DNA from: an uncultured Planctomycetota bacterium
GTDB taxonomy: Bacteria > Planctomycetota > Planctomycetia > Isosphaerales > Isosphaeraceae
Direction: 5' to 3'
Assembly (NCBI GenBank): GCA_963845755.1
Contig: CAWJTV010000020.1
Coordinates: 480,001-544,000 of the forward strand
Length of the DNA: 64,000 bases
Translations under genes and position numbers: made by a program
In this document: positions 1 to 11,412 of the stretch, in pieces
Position numbering within the stretch: position 1 is the first letter of the stretch
Layout of the letters: each line of letters opens with the position of its first letter
Notes under the pieces: model-generated
What the model was told of the DNA's origin: nothing
Database searches by the model: none
The model's input: the letters and a program-made list of their open reading frames with translations, nothing else

Positions 1-1052
1 GTCCGGTCGGCATGGGTTTCGGGCTCAGGAGATGGCCGATCCGGGTTTTCCCCACCTGGGGCCACGCGGGACTCGTTGGTTGGGGACTCGGCCCATGGGC
101 CAATCGCTGGCTCTACTCAGGGTTCATCAACCCGTATCTTGTCGCACCCGTGATCAATACGACGGTGGTCGCGAATGCGCCTCCGGTCTTTGTTCCGGAT
201 TACAGCCGTCCTCTTGACTTGGCCAACATTCCTCCCGAGCCCGAAGGTACCGAGCAAGACGACTCGACGTTCCTGGCCGCACGTGACGCCTTCAAGTCCG
301 GAGACTTTCCCCGCGCCTTGAGTCTGACCGACCTGGCCTTGCAGCCCTACCCCAACGATCCGGTCCTGCACGAATTCCGCGCGCTGTGTCTCTTCGCCCT
401 GGGGCGGTATGACGAGACGGCGGCCGTGCTCTACGTGGTGCTGACCGCCGGCCCTGGCTGGGACTGGGCGACGATGTCGGGCCTTTACGCCGACGTCGAC
501 ACCTATTCCCGTCAACTCCGGGCGCTGGAGGCGGCCATCAAGGCGAATACGTCCGTCGCGTCGAAGCGTTTCGTGCTGGCCTATCACTACATGGTTCAGG
601 ACCACTTCGAGAACGCCCGGCAGCAATTCGAGTACGTTGTCAAGCTCCAGCCCAAGGACGAACTGGCGGCCCAGTTCGCCAAGTTGCTGACCCCACCTTC
701 CGATGCTCCGACTCTGGGAGCGACGGACTCCGCCCAGGGTATCGAGACCGCCGGGATGCAACAGCCATCCCCTCTCCCGGCGGCCTTGGTTGGAAACTGG
801 AAGGCCAAGCCAATGCCCGATGTGAGCATTGAGCTGACCATTCGGGAGGATGGTCAGTTCACCTGGGATGTCAAGTCCAATGGTCATTCGGATTCGATTG
901 CCGGCGAGGCCGACTATCTTGATGGAGTCCTGACACTCACGCAGGCCGATGCCCCGGCCCTGGTTGGCAAGATCGTCAACCTGGGCGACAAGCAATTCGG
1001 TTTCGAGCTGCTCGGTGGTTCGCAGGTCGGGACGATCCAGTTCTCTCATTGA
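1..1052 (+). CDS. Tetratricopeptide-repeat protein, planctomycete type (probably 5'-partial)
   Basis: ORF 12..1052. A Gly/Trp/Tyr-rich N-part is followed by TPR-like helices (ARDAFKSGDFPRAL...PNDPVLHEFRALCLFALGRY) and a C-terminal beta domain (LVGNWKA...GQFTW). Confidence 0.7.
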   Translation, partial: PVGMGFGLRRWPIRVFPTWGHAGLVGWGLGPWANRWLYSGFINPYLVAPVINTTVVANAPPVFVPDYSRPLDLANIPPEPEGTEQDDSTFLAARDAFKSGDFPRALSLTDLALQPYPNDPVLHEFRALCLFALGRYDETAAVLYVVLTAGPGWDWATMSGLYADVDTYSRQLRALEAAIKANTSVASKRFVLAYHYMVQDHFENARQQFEYVVKLQPKDELAAQFAKLLTPPSDAPTLGATDSAQGIETAGMQQPSPLPAALVGNWKAKPMPDVSIELTIREDGQFTWDVKSNGHSDSIAGEADYLDGVLTLTQADAPALVGKIVNLGDKQFGFELLGGSQVGTIQFSH

Positions 1053-1112
1053 GTCCCGGATCTTCGTCGATTCAACGCACCCGATTCGGGGCCTGCTCAA
1101 TCGCTCCATGAG

Positions 1113-4100
1113 TTGGAGTTGCCGGCCACTGAAGAGGGTTCTTCGTTCTTCTCGCCCTGGCAAGAGACGGAGGCTGAATTGAATCCGGCAGGCAAACCCT
1201 CCTCCGACGAGTCCTCCGGCAACATCGGTGTGAAATCGGATTCCGCGCTTCTCGGCGCGGCGCTCAGTCCCTCGGGGTCGGGAAGCGACTGGGAATCGAC
1301 CACGGACCTGACTCTGCGTCCGCCGGCCGGGCCGGCAACGCCCGGGGACGCCACGCCAGCACCCGTGGCCTTCGGCCGCTATCGAGTGAAGAATGCGCTC
1401 GGATCTGGCGGCTTCGGCACGGTGTACCTCGGCCACGACACGCAACTCGACCGTCCCGTGGCGATCAAGGTCCTACGCGGTGGCGCCGAGGTGCCGGACG
1501 CCGAGGCCGAGCGATTCCTCCAGGAGGCCCGCAGGCTCGCGCGGCTGAGCCACCCCGGCATCGTGACGGTCCACGACGTCGGCCTGCACGAAGGGCAGGT
1601 GTACATCGTTTCGGATTATCTCGAGGGCCCCAATCTCGCGGAGTGGCTGCGACACAACTCCCCGAGCTGGCACGAGGCTGCACGCATCGCGGCCAACGTG
1701 GCCGATGCGCTGGCTCATGCACACGCCCGGCTCACCGTCCACCGCGATGTCAAGCCCGCGAACATCATCCTGACGTCCGACCGCGGCCCGGTCCTCGTGG
1801 ACTTCGGGTTGGCCCTCGACGAGCAGGCGTCGGGCGGCCGAGAGCTCGGCGCCGTCCGCGGCACCCCGGCATACATGGCGCCAGAACAGGTCGCAGGCGT
1901 GGCACACCGCATCGACGGCCGAACCGACATCTACAGCCTGGGCGTGGTGCTCTACGAGATGCTCTGCGGTCACTTACCCTTCCGGGCGAGCAACACCCTG
2001 GAACTGCTCCGGCAGGTTCGCGACGACGAGCCACAGCCCCCGCGCCAACTCCGCCGCGAGATACCGCCCGAGCTCGAGCGGGCTTGCATCAAGGCGACTC
2101 GCGAAGCGGCTCCAGGACCGCTATATGACCGCGGCGGACTTCGCCGAAGAGCTAAGGCGTGCGTGCCAGGCCGTCGCGGGGTCGGGCACCTCGTGGTCGC
2201 TTGGGTCGCTCTCCGCGGTCGTACCGACGGGCGAGACACTCGCATCCGGGTCGATCGCGCCATCTCAGTCATCGTCGCAGACCTCGTCCCGCCGCGTCCG
2301 CGAAGCCGAGCGTCGGCAGGTGACCGTCCTGGTCTGCGGCTGCAGTCTGTTCGAATCGGAGGCTTACCTGGAGAATCTGGATGCGGAGGACCAGGCCCGG
2401 ATCCAGCGGGCCTTCCAGGAGCCTTGCGAGCAGGCCGTTCGCCGATTCGATGGGACGATCGTGCAGTGCAACGAGGAGGGGCTGCTGGCTTGCTTCGGCT
2501 TCCCGGTGGCCTACGAGGATGCCGCCCGCCGCGCCGTCTTGACCGGCCTCGGCCTCCTGGAGGACATGAAGGCGCTCGGCGAGCGGCTCCGCCGCGAACA
2601 GACACTGGAGCTGGATCCGTGGGTTGGCATCCACACCGGTTCGGCCGTCGTGGAGGCGGGCGAGGAGTCGATCTCGATGGTTGGTGAGGCGCGGAACGTG
2701 GCGGTCCGCCTGGAAGACGTCGCCGCGCCCGGCCAGGTCGTGTGCAGCGTGGCCACTCACCGGTTGATCCGGCCCCAGTTCGACTGCACCAGTCTCGGCC
2801 ACCGCAAGATCAAGGGCGTGGCGCAGCCCGTCGAGTTCTTCCTGGTCCAGGGAGTCGACGAGGGCCGCAATTCCCTCGAAGTGGCGGAGCGGGCGGCCTT
2901 CTCGCCATTGACTGGCCGTGACCACGAGGTCAGCCTGCTCAAGGACCGCTGGGAGCAGGCCCAGGAGGGCCTGGGCCAGGTCGTCATGCTCATCGGCGAG
3001 CCGGGCCTGGGCAAGTCGCGCCTGGTCCACACGCTGAAGGAGCACGTCCTGGGGCAGATGCTCGAAGGAGAGGTCGACGCGCCGGTCATCGAGTGGCGAT
3101 GCTCGCCGCACTACCAGAACACGGGGCTGTACCCGGCCATCGAATTCTACGAGCGAGCCCTCGCCTTCGGCCGCGAGGAGCCACCACAGGCCCGGTTCGA
3201 CCGACTGCTCCATCGACTGGAGCAATATGACCTGGCACGTCCGGAGACCGTACCGCTGTGGGCGTCGCTGCTGTCGCTACCGACCCCGGACCGCTACCCC
3301 CCACTCTTGTTGTCCCCGACCCGGCAGAGGGAAGAAACGTTCCGGGCGATGCTGGATTGGCTGCACACGCGCGCCTCCCGGAAGCCGGTCCTGTTCGTCG
3401 TCGAGGACTTGCACTGGGTCGACGCGTCCACCCTGGAGTTCCTGGGGCAGTTCCTTGCCGAGGGCGTGCACGATTCCATCCTCGCCTTGCTCACCTCTCG
3501 CCTCGAGTTCCAGTCACCGTGGCGCGCGATCTCCCACCAGACCAGCCTGTCCTTGAATCGCCTGACCCGGCGCCAGGTTGGCGATCTGATCCTCAAGAAG
3601 GCAGGGGGCATCGTGACAGAGGCACTGGTCGAGCAGATCTACGACCGCACGGGCGGCGTGCCGCTGTTCGTCGAGGAATACACGAAGATGGTCCAGGAGT
3701 CGGGTGTCCTGGAGCGGGCGAGGGACGGCGGCGCACTCGGCCAGACCCTGCTTGGGCACGAGATCCCCGCGAGCCTCCAGGACCTGGTGATGGCCCGCCT
3801 GGATCGCATGGAGGGCGATCGGCAGGTGGCCCAGCTCGCCGCGACGCTGGGCCGCGAGTTCAGCTACGAGCTGCTCGCCGCCGTCGCGCCGGTGGACGAG
3901 CCGACGCTGGAGGCGGAACTGGCCAAGCTGGTCCGAGCGGAGATCGTCTACCAGAAGGGGCGGCCGCCGCGGTGCAGTTACATCTTCAAACACGCCCTCC
4001 TGGAAGATGCGCTGTATAACGCGCTGGTCAAGGACAGGCGACAGCAGTTCCACCGGCGGATCGCCGAGGTGCTGGAGTCGCAGTTCCCGCAGACCACCGA

Positions 4101-5445
4101 GACCCGGCCCGAGTTGTTGGCCCACCACTTCACCGAGGCGGGCCTGACTGAGAAGGCGATCGACTACTGGCTCAAGGCGGGCCTGCGTTCGCGAGGGCGA
4201 TCCGCGGAAATCGAAGCGATCAGCCACCTGACCCGGGGCCTGGCGCTGCTCGAGACGCTGGGCGAGTCGCTCGAGCGGGACGTCCGAGAACTGGAACTGC
4301 TGAGCCCCCTCGGCACCGCCCACATCGCGTCGCGCGGTTATGCTTCGCCCGAAGTCGGCCCGGTTTTCCGTCGGGCGCGCGAATTGTGCGAGCGGGTCGG
4401 GCAACCGCCCCAGTTGTTCGCGATCATCCTGGGGATCTGGGAATGGCACACCGTACGCGGTGATCTTCGCCTGTGCATGGACCTGGCCGCCGAAGGGATG
4501 GAACTCGCCGGCCGGCTCAACGACCCCGGCATCGTGATGGAATCGTTGTTCATGTCGGGCGAGACTCTACTTTATCGTGCGGATTTCGCCGGCGCCCGCG
4601 ACCGGTTTGCGACGGCGGTCGCCGACTACGACGACCGGGAGCGCACCAGGTCTTGGGCCGTCCACACGGGCCACGATGCCGGCGTCACCTGCCGCTCCAA
4701 CCTGGCGATATCCCTCTGGCACCTGGGCTACCCGGACCAGGCCCTTGTGGTCAGCCGGCAGACTTGTCAATTAGCCCGCGAGATCGGCCACCCGTTTAGC
4801 CTGGCGTACGCCCTGCACCACACGGGCTGGCTCTACCAGTATTGCCGGCTCGGGGCCGAGGTCCAGGCGGCCGCCGAGGAGGAGTTCGCAATCGCGACGG
4901 AACAGGGTTTTGCGCTCTGGTACGCGACAGGCACGTTCTTCAAGGGTGCTGGAATGCTGTTACGAGGTGCGCCGGAGGAGGCGCTGCCGTTGATCCTGAA
5001 GGGCCTCGATGCCTTCCGGGCGAGCGGTGCCGAGCTGACCCTTCCGCTCCAGCTCAGCACCCTGGGCGAAGCTTACACGGCGGTCGGTCGGTTCGACGAC
5101 GCGCGCCGGGCGCTGGATGAGGGCCTGGCCATCGCGGAAAAGAACGACGAGCGATGCCAGGAGGCCGAGCTGCACCGCCTCATGGGCGAATTGCTACTGG
5201 CCGAGTCGCCCGACCAGGTCGCCGCAGCCGAGGACTGCTTCCGCCAGGCCATCGAGACGGCCCGGCGCCAGAAGAGCAAGGCGTGGGAGCTGCGGGCCAC
5301 GATGAGCCTCGCCCGCCTCTGGCAGCGGCAGGGCCGCCGCGACGAGGCCCGCAACGCGCTGGCGGCGGTTCACGACGCCTTCACCGAAGGCTTCACGACG
5401 CCGGACCTCATCGAGGCCGGGGCGCTGCGGGAAGCTCTGGCCTGA
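1113..5445 (+). CDS. Ser/Thr kinase - class III cyclase-like - AAA ATPase - TPR fusion protein (frameshift near 2097; start uncertain)
   Basis: Kinase motifs LGSGGFGTVY, VAIK, HRDVKPAN, DFG and APE are in ORF 1113. Removing one base at ~2097 gives KALAKRLQDRYMTAADF, continuing into ORF 2125..5445 with a cyclase-like AERRQVTVL region, Walker A GEPGLGKS, Walker B VVEDLHW and C-terminal TPRs. Confidence 0.85.
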
Positions 5446-5961
5446 CCCCAATCGCGTGGCACCCGTAGCGTGTGTGGAGGCGACGACGGCGCGCGAGAAT
5501 CCTCGCCAGTCTCCACCCTCGATTCGATCGGAGCACTACGGAGGTAGGACGTCTCCCTTCGTTCCCACGGTTCTCTTTGAGAACGAGGTTCCATTCGATC
5601 GAAGCAAACCCCAGTGTTGACCACGGCGACCTGATTGGGCGGGATGCCGATACCGATTGGGAATTGTCGGATTTTCCGCTTGCCGGCGGCGTGAACGCGG
5701 TGTGGAATAAATCTCACGCAGGAGCCCCCTTCGGTCTCGATCAAAAGGGTGATGCGATGCATTTCCAGCTACCGGAAACGCGGTGAGCATTCGGCTTATT
5801 GGTCGCCCCGAGCAGGTTGCCTCAGCGGACGATGCACCGTTCAGGGTGGAGCTGAGAGCCGGATGAGCCGGGAGGACAACGTTCCTCGCGGGTCGAGTGG
5901 AGCGACGCGCCTCGGGTCCGAGATGGAGCGGTAGAGAAGTGGCTGATCGGGACAACCGCCA

Positions 5962-6647
5962 ATGAACGATGTCACTCAGAGTCGGTCCCAGAAGGGCGAG
6001 CGGGGGCGTCAGCCCCCTGTCCGGTGAGCGACGGACCTCCAAGACAGGGGGCTGACGCCCCTTGCTCGCTCGGACCGGCCCCTTCTGGGACAGACTCTCA
6101 GATCCTCGGGAAGATCGAGCAAGGCGAGTTGCAGGCCGCCGGACAACTCCTGCCGCTGGTCTACGACTCGCTTCGCAGGCTGGCCGAGCGGAAGCTGGCG
6201 CAGGAGAAGCCCGGCCAGACCCTCCAGGCGACGGCCCTGGTGCACGAGGCGTACCTCCGGCTGGTGGATACGGACAGGACGCAGGGCTGGAACAGCCGCG
6301 GCCATTTCTTCGCCGCGGCCGCCGAGGCGATGCGGCGCATCCTCATCGAGCGGGCCCGGAGCAAGGGTCGACAGAAGTCGGGAGGCGACTGGCGCCGCGT
6401 CAACCTCGATAACCTGGATGTCTTCACGTCGGTCACCCCGGACCAGCTCCTGGCCCTCGACGAGGCGATCGACCGCCTGGCCGAGCAGGACCCGACGGCG
6501 GCGAGACTGGTAAGGCTCCGATACTTCGCCGGGTTATCGCTGGAGCAGGCCGCCGATCCGCTCGCGATCTCGATCGCGACCGCCTACCGCCACTGGTCCT
6601 ACGCCCGGGCCTGGCTGCTCTGTGCATTGCTCGACCGCCGCGAGTGA
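5962..6647 (+). CDS. ECF RNA polymerase sigma factor (planctomycete kinase-associated type), interrupted after codon 6 by a MITE-like insertion
   Basis: ATG at 5962 reads MNDVTQ and the sequence resumes ILGKIEQGE at 6102. Motifs LLPLVYDSLRRLA, TLQATALVHEAYLRL, HFFAAAAEAMRRIL and LRYFAGLS...WSYARAWL are present. Confidence 0.9.
5980..6096. mobile_element. MITE-like non-autonomous element with 17-bp TIRs, CTCAG target duplication and an internal REP-like hairpin
   Basis: TIRs AGTCGGTCCCAGAAGGG (5980-5996) and CCCTTCTGGGACAGACT (6080-6096) match at 16/17 positions. Direct repeat CTCAG lies at 5975-5979 and 6097-6101. Internal inverted repeat 5996-6021 / 6043-6069. Confidence 0.8.
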
Positions 6648-6737
6648 CCACCTCTACCTTCGCCGTTCGCGTCCGGCGAGCAGCCCGGGATTCCGGCCTC
6701 GCTCTGCTCCAGAGGCGTTCATTCACGCGAGGTTGCC

Positions 6738-9449
6738 ATGACTGATCATGTCGATCAAGCCCGATCGATCTTCCTGGCCGCGATCGAGGAGGGTCCGGGC
6801 GAGCGGCCGGCATTCCTGGACGGCGCCTGCGGCGACGACGGGGAACTGCGCGCTCGGGTCGAGCACCTGCTGGAGGCGCACCAGGCGCTGGGCAGCATCC
6901 ACTTCCATCCGATCTCCGAGCCGGCCGCGATTGCGGGGCAGCGATCGTCCGAAGGGCCCGGCTCGGCCATCGGCCCGTACAAGCTCCTCGAAGTGATCGG
7001 CGAAGGAGGGATGGGCACGGTCTACCTGGCCGAGCAGGAGCGGCCCGTCCGGCGCAGGGTCGCGCTGAAGATCATCAAGCCGGGCATGGACTCGGCCCAG
7101 GTGATCGCCCGGTTCGAGGCCGAGCGGCAGGCGCTGGCCCTGATGGACCACCCCCACATCGCCAAGGTCCTCGAGGCCGGGACGATGGGTTCCGGACGGC
7201 CGTTCTTCGTCATGGAACTTGTCAAGGGCATCCCCATCACCCGGTTCTGCGACGAGCATCGGCTCACGCTCCGCGACCGCCTGGAGTTGTTCGTGCCAGT
7301 CTGCCAGGCGGTGCAGCACGCGCACCAGAAGGGGATCATCCACCGAGACCTCAAGCCCTCTAACGTCCTCGTCGCCCTCCACGACGACAAGCCGCTGGCC
7401 CAGGTGATCGATTTCGGCGTGGCCAAGTCGACCGGCGATCGGCAAACCGAGCCGACGACCCTCACCGGGTTCGGCTTGGTGGTCGGTACCCTCGAGTACA
7501 TGAGCCCCGAGCAGTCCGGGCTCAACGCCCTGGATGTGGACACGCGAAGCGACGTCTACTCGCTGGGCGTTCTGCTCTACGAGTTGCTGACCGGCACGAC
7601 GCCGTTGGATCGACCGCAACTGGGCCAGGCGTCCTTCGACGAGCTGCTGCGGCTCATCCGGGAGGAGGAGCCCCCGATGCCCAGCGCGCGGCTGAGCGGC
7701 TCCGTAGGCGATCTGGCCACGCTGTCGGCCCGGCGTCGGGCCGATCCGGCGAAGTTCCCCGGGCTCGTGCGCGGCGAGCTGGACTGGATCGTGATGAAGG
7801 CGCTGGAGAAGGACCGGGTCCGGCGATATGAGACGGCCAACGCCCTGGCCCGCGACCTCCAACGCTACCTCGCCGATGAGCCGGTAGAGGCCGGCCCGTC
7901 GTCGGCCGGATATCGGCTGCGGAAGCTCACCGGCCGGTACAGGAACGCCCTGGCGACGGCCGCGGCCTTCGTCCTGCTCCTGGCGATGGCCGCGGCCGTG
8001 AGCACCTGGCAGGCGGTGCGAGCGACGCGGGCGGAGCGGGCAGAGCGGGCCGAGCGCGATCGGGCCGTGGCGGCCGAGAAGGGGGCAAAGACGGAACAGA
8101 CCAACGCCAGGGCCGCCCTCGACTTCCTCTGGAAGGATGTGCTGTCGCAGGCGAGTTACCGCAATGAGCCCGACCGGGACCTGTCGGTCCGCACCCTGCT
8201 CGACCGGGTCGCCGACCGGCTCGGGCGTGGCCCCGGCCAGTCGACGTTGGTGGAGGCCGCGGGCCGTCAAATGGTCGGGGGACTCTATATCGATCTGGGG
8301 GAGTATCGCAAGGCGCAGCCGCATCTGGAAGCGGCCCTGGGGGCGCAGCGCCGCGAGCTCGGGGAGGAGGACCCGCAGACCCTGACCACCATGCACCATC
8401 TCGGCCACTGCCTTCTTCGACGGGACCGTCGGGAAGCCACCGGGCTGCTCGCCCGCGCGCTGGAACTCCGCCGCCGCGTCCTCGGGGACGATCACGACGA
8501 CACCCTGTTCACCGCGCGCCTCTCCGCGGCCTGCTACGCCCTGGAGGGCCGCCCCGAGGAGGCCGAGCGATTGCTGAGGCGGACGCTGGAGGCGCGGCGC
8601 CGGGTCTTCGGCGATCCGCATCGCGAGACCCTGGTGACGATGTACTGGCTGGCCGGACACCTCGTCCGGCAAGGCCAGCTTGAGGAAGCCGAGGCCCTGG
8701 CCACTCGGTGCGTGGATCAGGCTCGCCGGCTCGCCGGCGACGACCTCATGGTGACTCTCTGCGCCAAAAACACCCTGGTCGGCGTCTACATCGCCCGCGA
8801 GGATCCCGCGCCGGCGGAGCCGCTCGCCATCCACGTCGTCGAGGGGATGCGCCGCTATTTCGGCCGCCAGCACCCGTTCACCGTAAAGGCCATCAACCGG
8901 CTGATCCGCGTCTATCAGTTGCAGGGCCAGCACGCCCAGGCGGCCCCGTTCCTCGCCGAGTCGCTCGCGACCGCGCGGAAGGTCCATGAAGACGACCATC
9001 CGGCCCTCTCCACCATCCTGCACCTGCTCGGGCGAAGCCTGCTCGAGGAGAAGAAGTACGACGAGGCCGAGCGGCACCTGCGCGCGTGTCTACAGGGACT
9101 AATGAACGAGCAGTCCGGCCGTCTCACAAGGGGCGGCTCGACGGTCTTCGTCCAGGGCCTCCTGGGCGAGAGTTTACTCGGCCAGCGGAAGTACGTCGAG
9201 GCCGAGCCTCTCCTGCTCGCCAGCTACGAGGGGCTGAGAGAGGCTCCGGACGCGGGCGATCCCGAAGTCATCCCGGCGAGGGAACGACTCGGGATCGCGG
9301 CCCTCGAACGGATCGTGCGGCTCTACGACGCCTGGGGCCAGCCGGGGCGGGCGGAGGCGTGGCGGAGGGAACTGGCCGCGTGGGCCGGATCATCCGATGA
9401 GGGGCGACCGTATCGTCTGGGCCTGCATGGGGGCGCCCCAGGTCGATGA
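6738..9449 (+). CDS. Ser/Thr protein kinase with TM segment and C-terminal TPR repeats (ECF-associated)
   Basis: IGEGGMGTVY, VALKIIKPGMDS, HRDLKPSN, IDFG and YMSPEQ motifs, a hydrophobic segment, and kinesin-light-chain-like TPRs (RRRVLGDDHDDTL). Confidence 0.92.
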   Translation: MTDHVDQARSIFLAAIEEGPGERPAFLDGACGDDGELRARVEHLLEAHQALGSIHFHPISEPAAIAGQRSSEGPGSAIGPYKLLEVIGEGGMGTVYLAEQERPVRRRVALKIIKPGMDSAQVIARFEAERQALALMDHPHIAKVLEAGTMGSGRPFFVMELVKGIPITRFCDEHRLTLRDRLELFVPVCQAVQHAHQKGIIHRDLKPSNVLVALHDDKPLAQVIDFGVAKSTGDRQTEPTTLTGFGLVVGTLEYMSPEQSGLNALDVDTRSDVYSLGVLLYELLTGTTPLDRPQLGQASFDELLRLIREEEPPMPSARLSGSVGDLATLSARRRADPAKFPGLVRGELDWIVMKALEKDRVRRYETANALARDLQRYLADEPVEAGPSSAGYRLRKLTGRYRNALATAAAFVLLLAMAAAVSTWQAVRATRAERAERAERDRAVAAEKGAKTEQTNARAALDFLWKDVLSQASYRNEPDRDLSVRTLLDRVADRLGRGPGQSTLVEAAGRQMVGGLYIDLGEYRKAQPHLEAALGAQRRELGEEDPQTLTTMHHLGHCLLRRDRREATGLLARALELRRRVLGDDHDDTLFTARLSAACYALEGRPEEAERLLRRTLEARRRVFGDPHRETLVTMYWLAGHLVRQGQLEEAEALATRCVDQARRLAGDDLMVTLCAKNTLVGVYIAREDPAPAEPLAIHVVEGMRRYFGRQHPFTVKAINRLIRVYQLQGQHAQAAPFLAESLATARKVHEDDHPALSTILHLLGRSLLEEKKYDEAERHLRACLQGLMNEQSGRLTRGGSTVFVQGLLGESLLGQRKYVEAEPLLLASYEGLREAPDAGDPEVIPARERLGIAALERIVRLYDAWGQPGRAEAWRRELAAWAGSSDEGRPYRLGLHGGAPGR

Positions 9450-9507
9450 TCGGATCGGTCGTCGCCAAGGTCCCACGCAACGGATCGAGCGCGTGCGTGC
9501 GACAGAC

Positions 9508-10552
9508 TCAACGCAAGAGGGCCGCTCGACGGCCGCCACGCACCACGGCGATGCACACCAGACCGATTACACTCAGTATCCATGCCGCCGGTACCGGCAC
9601 GGACGCGGCGCTCAGGATGAGATTCCCCTTGGTCACCTCCGAGCCGAACGGATCGCCGAGGAAGGCCACATACCCTTGCTCGCCGCCGTTTGTGGTGCCC
9701 TGCGCAGTGAGCTGGTAGACGTAGCTCACGGTGTCGCCGGGCTGGAGTGTGCCCAGCTTTATGTCCGTGGACACCGGATCCATGTCAAACCGTGGGTTGG
9801 TAATGCTGGTGAATTTGATTTGGAACGCGTCATCGAACAAGTGCTGCGTACGATCGTTAAGGCCGATGAATTCGTAGTCCCAGAAGTTCGCGAGGCTTCC
9901 GGTGCCGGTCGGAATCTGCGTCTCGAATGCGCAGGCCGAACTCGAAGCTGGCCCCGGGGGACGTGGTGAGATCGGGATGCATGATGGTTGCCGTGAGACT
10001 CGCTTTTGCCTCAGCGGTCTCTGCTACGCTGGCCGAATCGCGCATGGGAGGGACGCCGATCAGCCCGACTTGCAGGGCAGGAATGTTGAGGTGCAGCGAC
10101 ATCGATACGGGAAAAGTCCCATTGTAGGTGAAGTTCTGCTGCCAGGTGGCCTGGGAGGCGAGCTGCCCGATCGCCGTCGGATTGGTGTGGCTCGGATTTC
10201 CGCCAATCCAGGCCGTGACACCGACACCGCCGTTGCCATCGGATTCGGCGAGCGAGGACGCGAAGGCGCGCTGGATGTTGGTCGAGCGGCCGGAGAGGTT
10301 CTCTCCCTCGCTCGCGAGGTAGAGGTATTCCGCGCTCTGCTTCGGCGTGATCAATGCGCCCGTGACGGAATGCGTATCGTCAAAGATCGTTCCGCCCGGC
10401 AGCAGGGCCTCATGCACGCGCGCGGATAAATCGATCGGCGCGCCGACGATCCCCCCACCCACGGCTTCACCCGCCATCAAGGCGACTGCAAGACACGCTG
10501 TGAGCACGATTTGCCTTTGCCGATGCCGCGGTGCGGCCGCAAGCGATTTCAT
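9508..10552 (-). CDS. Secreted protein with PEP-CTERM/VPxPA-like sorting signal (frameshift near 9930)
   Basis: ORF 9857..10552 has a signal peptide. ORF 9508..9840 ends VPVPAAWILSVIGLVCIAVVRGGRR (motif, TM helix, basic tail). Confidence 0.65.
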
Positions 10553-10936
10553 AGGACCCTCCCGGCGTGTGCCACGGACTTGCCTAGATCAGAAGTTGTC
10601 CCGCGGTAGGAATGTCTCTACCAGTAGTGCGACATTTGGACTCCAGTTTTCTCACGATGAAAGCCCGGAGCAGACTGACTGGATCCATAAGGGCCCCTCA
10701 CCGGGATAGGTGTGCATGGAGCGGGGGAGGGCGCAGCCACCCGGGTCCGATCACGGATGGCCTCTCAGTACAGGCTGGGTCTTACCGTTATTCAGATCGG
10801 CTACTTGAGTTACTTCGAAACTGCCGAAGAGACCGGAATCCGCGATCGGTATCAGTTGCCCTGATCTCTGGCAGATTCCCCGAGCACAGGTCTCGCGGAC
10901 GCGTCCGCCAGAGCCAGCCGGCCGCTCCTTCCGTCG

Positions 10937-11325
10937 TCAGAAATCGAGCTTGAGGCGAACGCCGAACAACAGCGCGGTGTCCACCGGCGCGAGTCCCGGA
11001 TGGAGCACCTGAATGTCAGGTGTGAGGTGGCACCCGGGCGTGATCCGCAGGTTGTAGAAGAGCTCGACCCCATATTCGTCCCGGAGCCCCGGCACCAAGT
11101 CCTTGGCCTGCGTGCTGAGCCCGAGATCGTAGAACCCGACGCCGAACGTATCTCCCTCGCGGCCCGGCAGCGAGGTATTGCCGCAGACGGCTGCGCTCAG
11201 AAACCAGCGGATCGGGTTCGGATTGCCATCGCCGAGGCCCGTCTGGACGTACAGGCCCAAGCCCCGATCCGGGTCGTCGGAGTCGAGCCAGAGCCGCTGC
11301 TCGATGTTCCAGCCCGCCGTCGTCT
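10937..11325 (-). pseudogene. C-terminal remnant of a carbohydrate-selective porin (OprB family)
   Basis: NIEQRLW...GLGLY...GDGNPNPI...GREGDTFGVG...ELFYNLRITP..HLTPDIQ...FGVRLKLDF. There is no room for the N-terminal two-thirds before the upstream gene ends at 11413. Confidence 0.7.
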
Positions 11326-11412
11326 TCAGTCAGCCTCGACGCCGTCTTCCGCAAACTTGAATGATTTGAACAGTGACGACCGCGGTGCCTTCCCGGTCGA
11401 GAGTGAGCCCCG

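Noticed and set aside
1113..5445. TOMM bacteriocin cluster or anti-phage STAND system
   Set aside because: No YcaO, precursor or nuclease effector genes are nearby; the architecture fits general signalling.
5446..5960. Possible ncRNA or small gene between the kinase fusion and the ECF
   Set aside because: Only a weak CCGTAG...CTACGG pairing and unconvincing ORFs; no recognisable family.
6723..9077. 784-aa minus-strand ORF, and similar long antisense ORFs such as 25512..26750, 51453..52922 and 59496..60824
   Set aside because: Shadow frames of well-supported genes in high-GC DNA, with no recognisable motifs.
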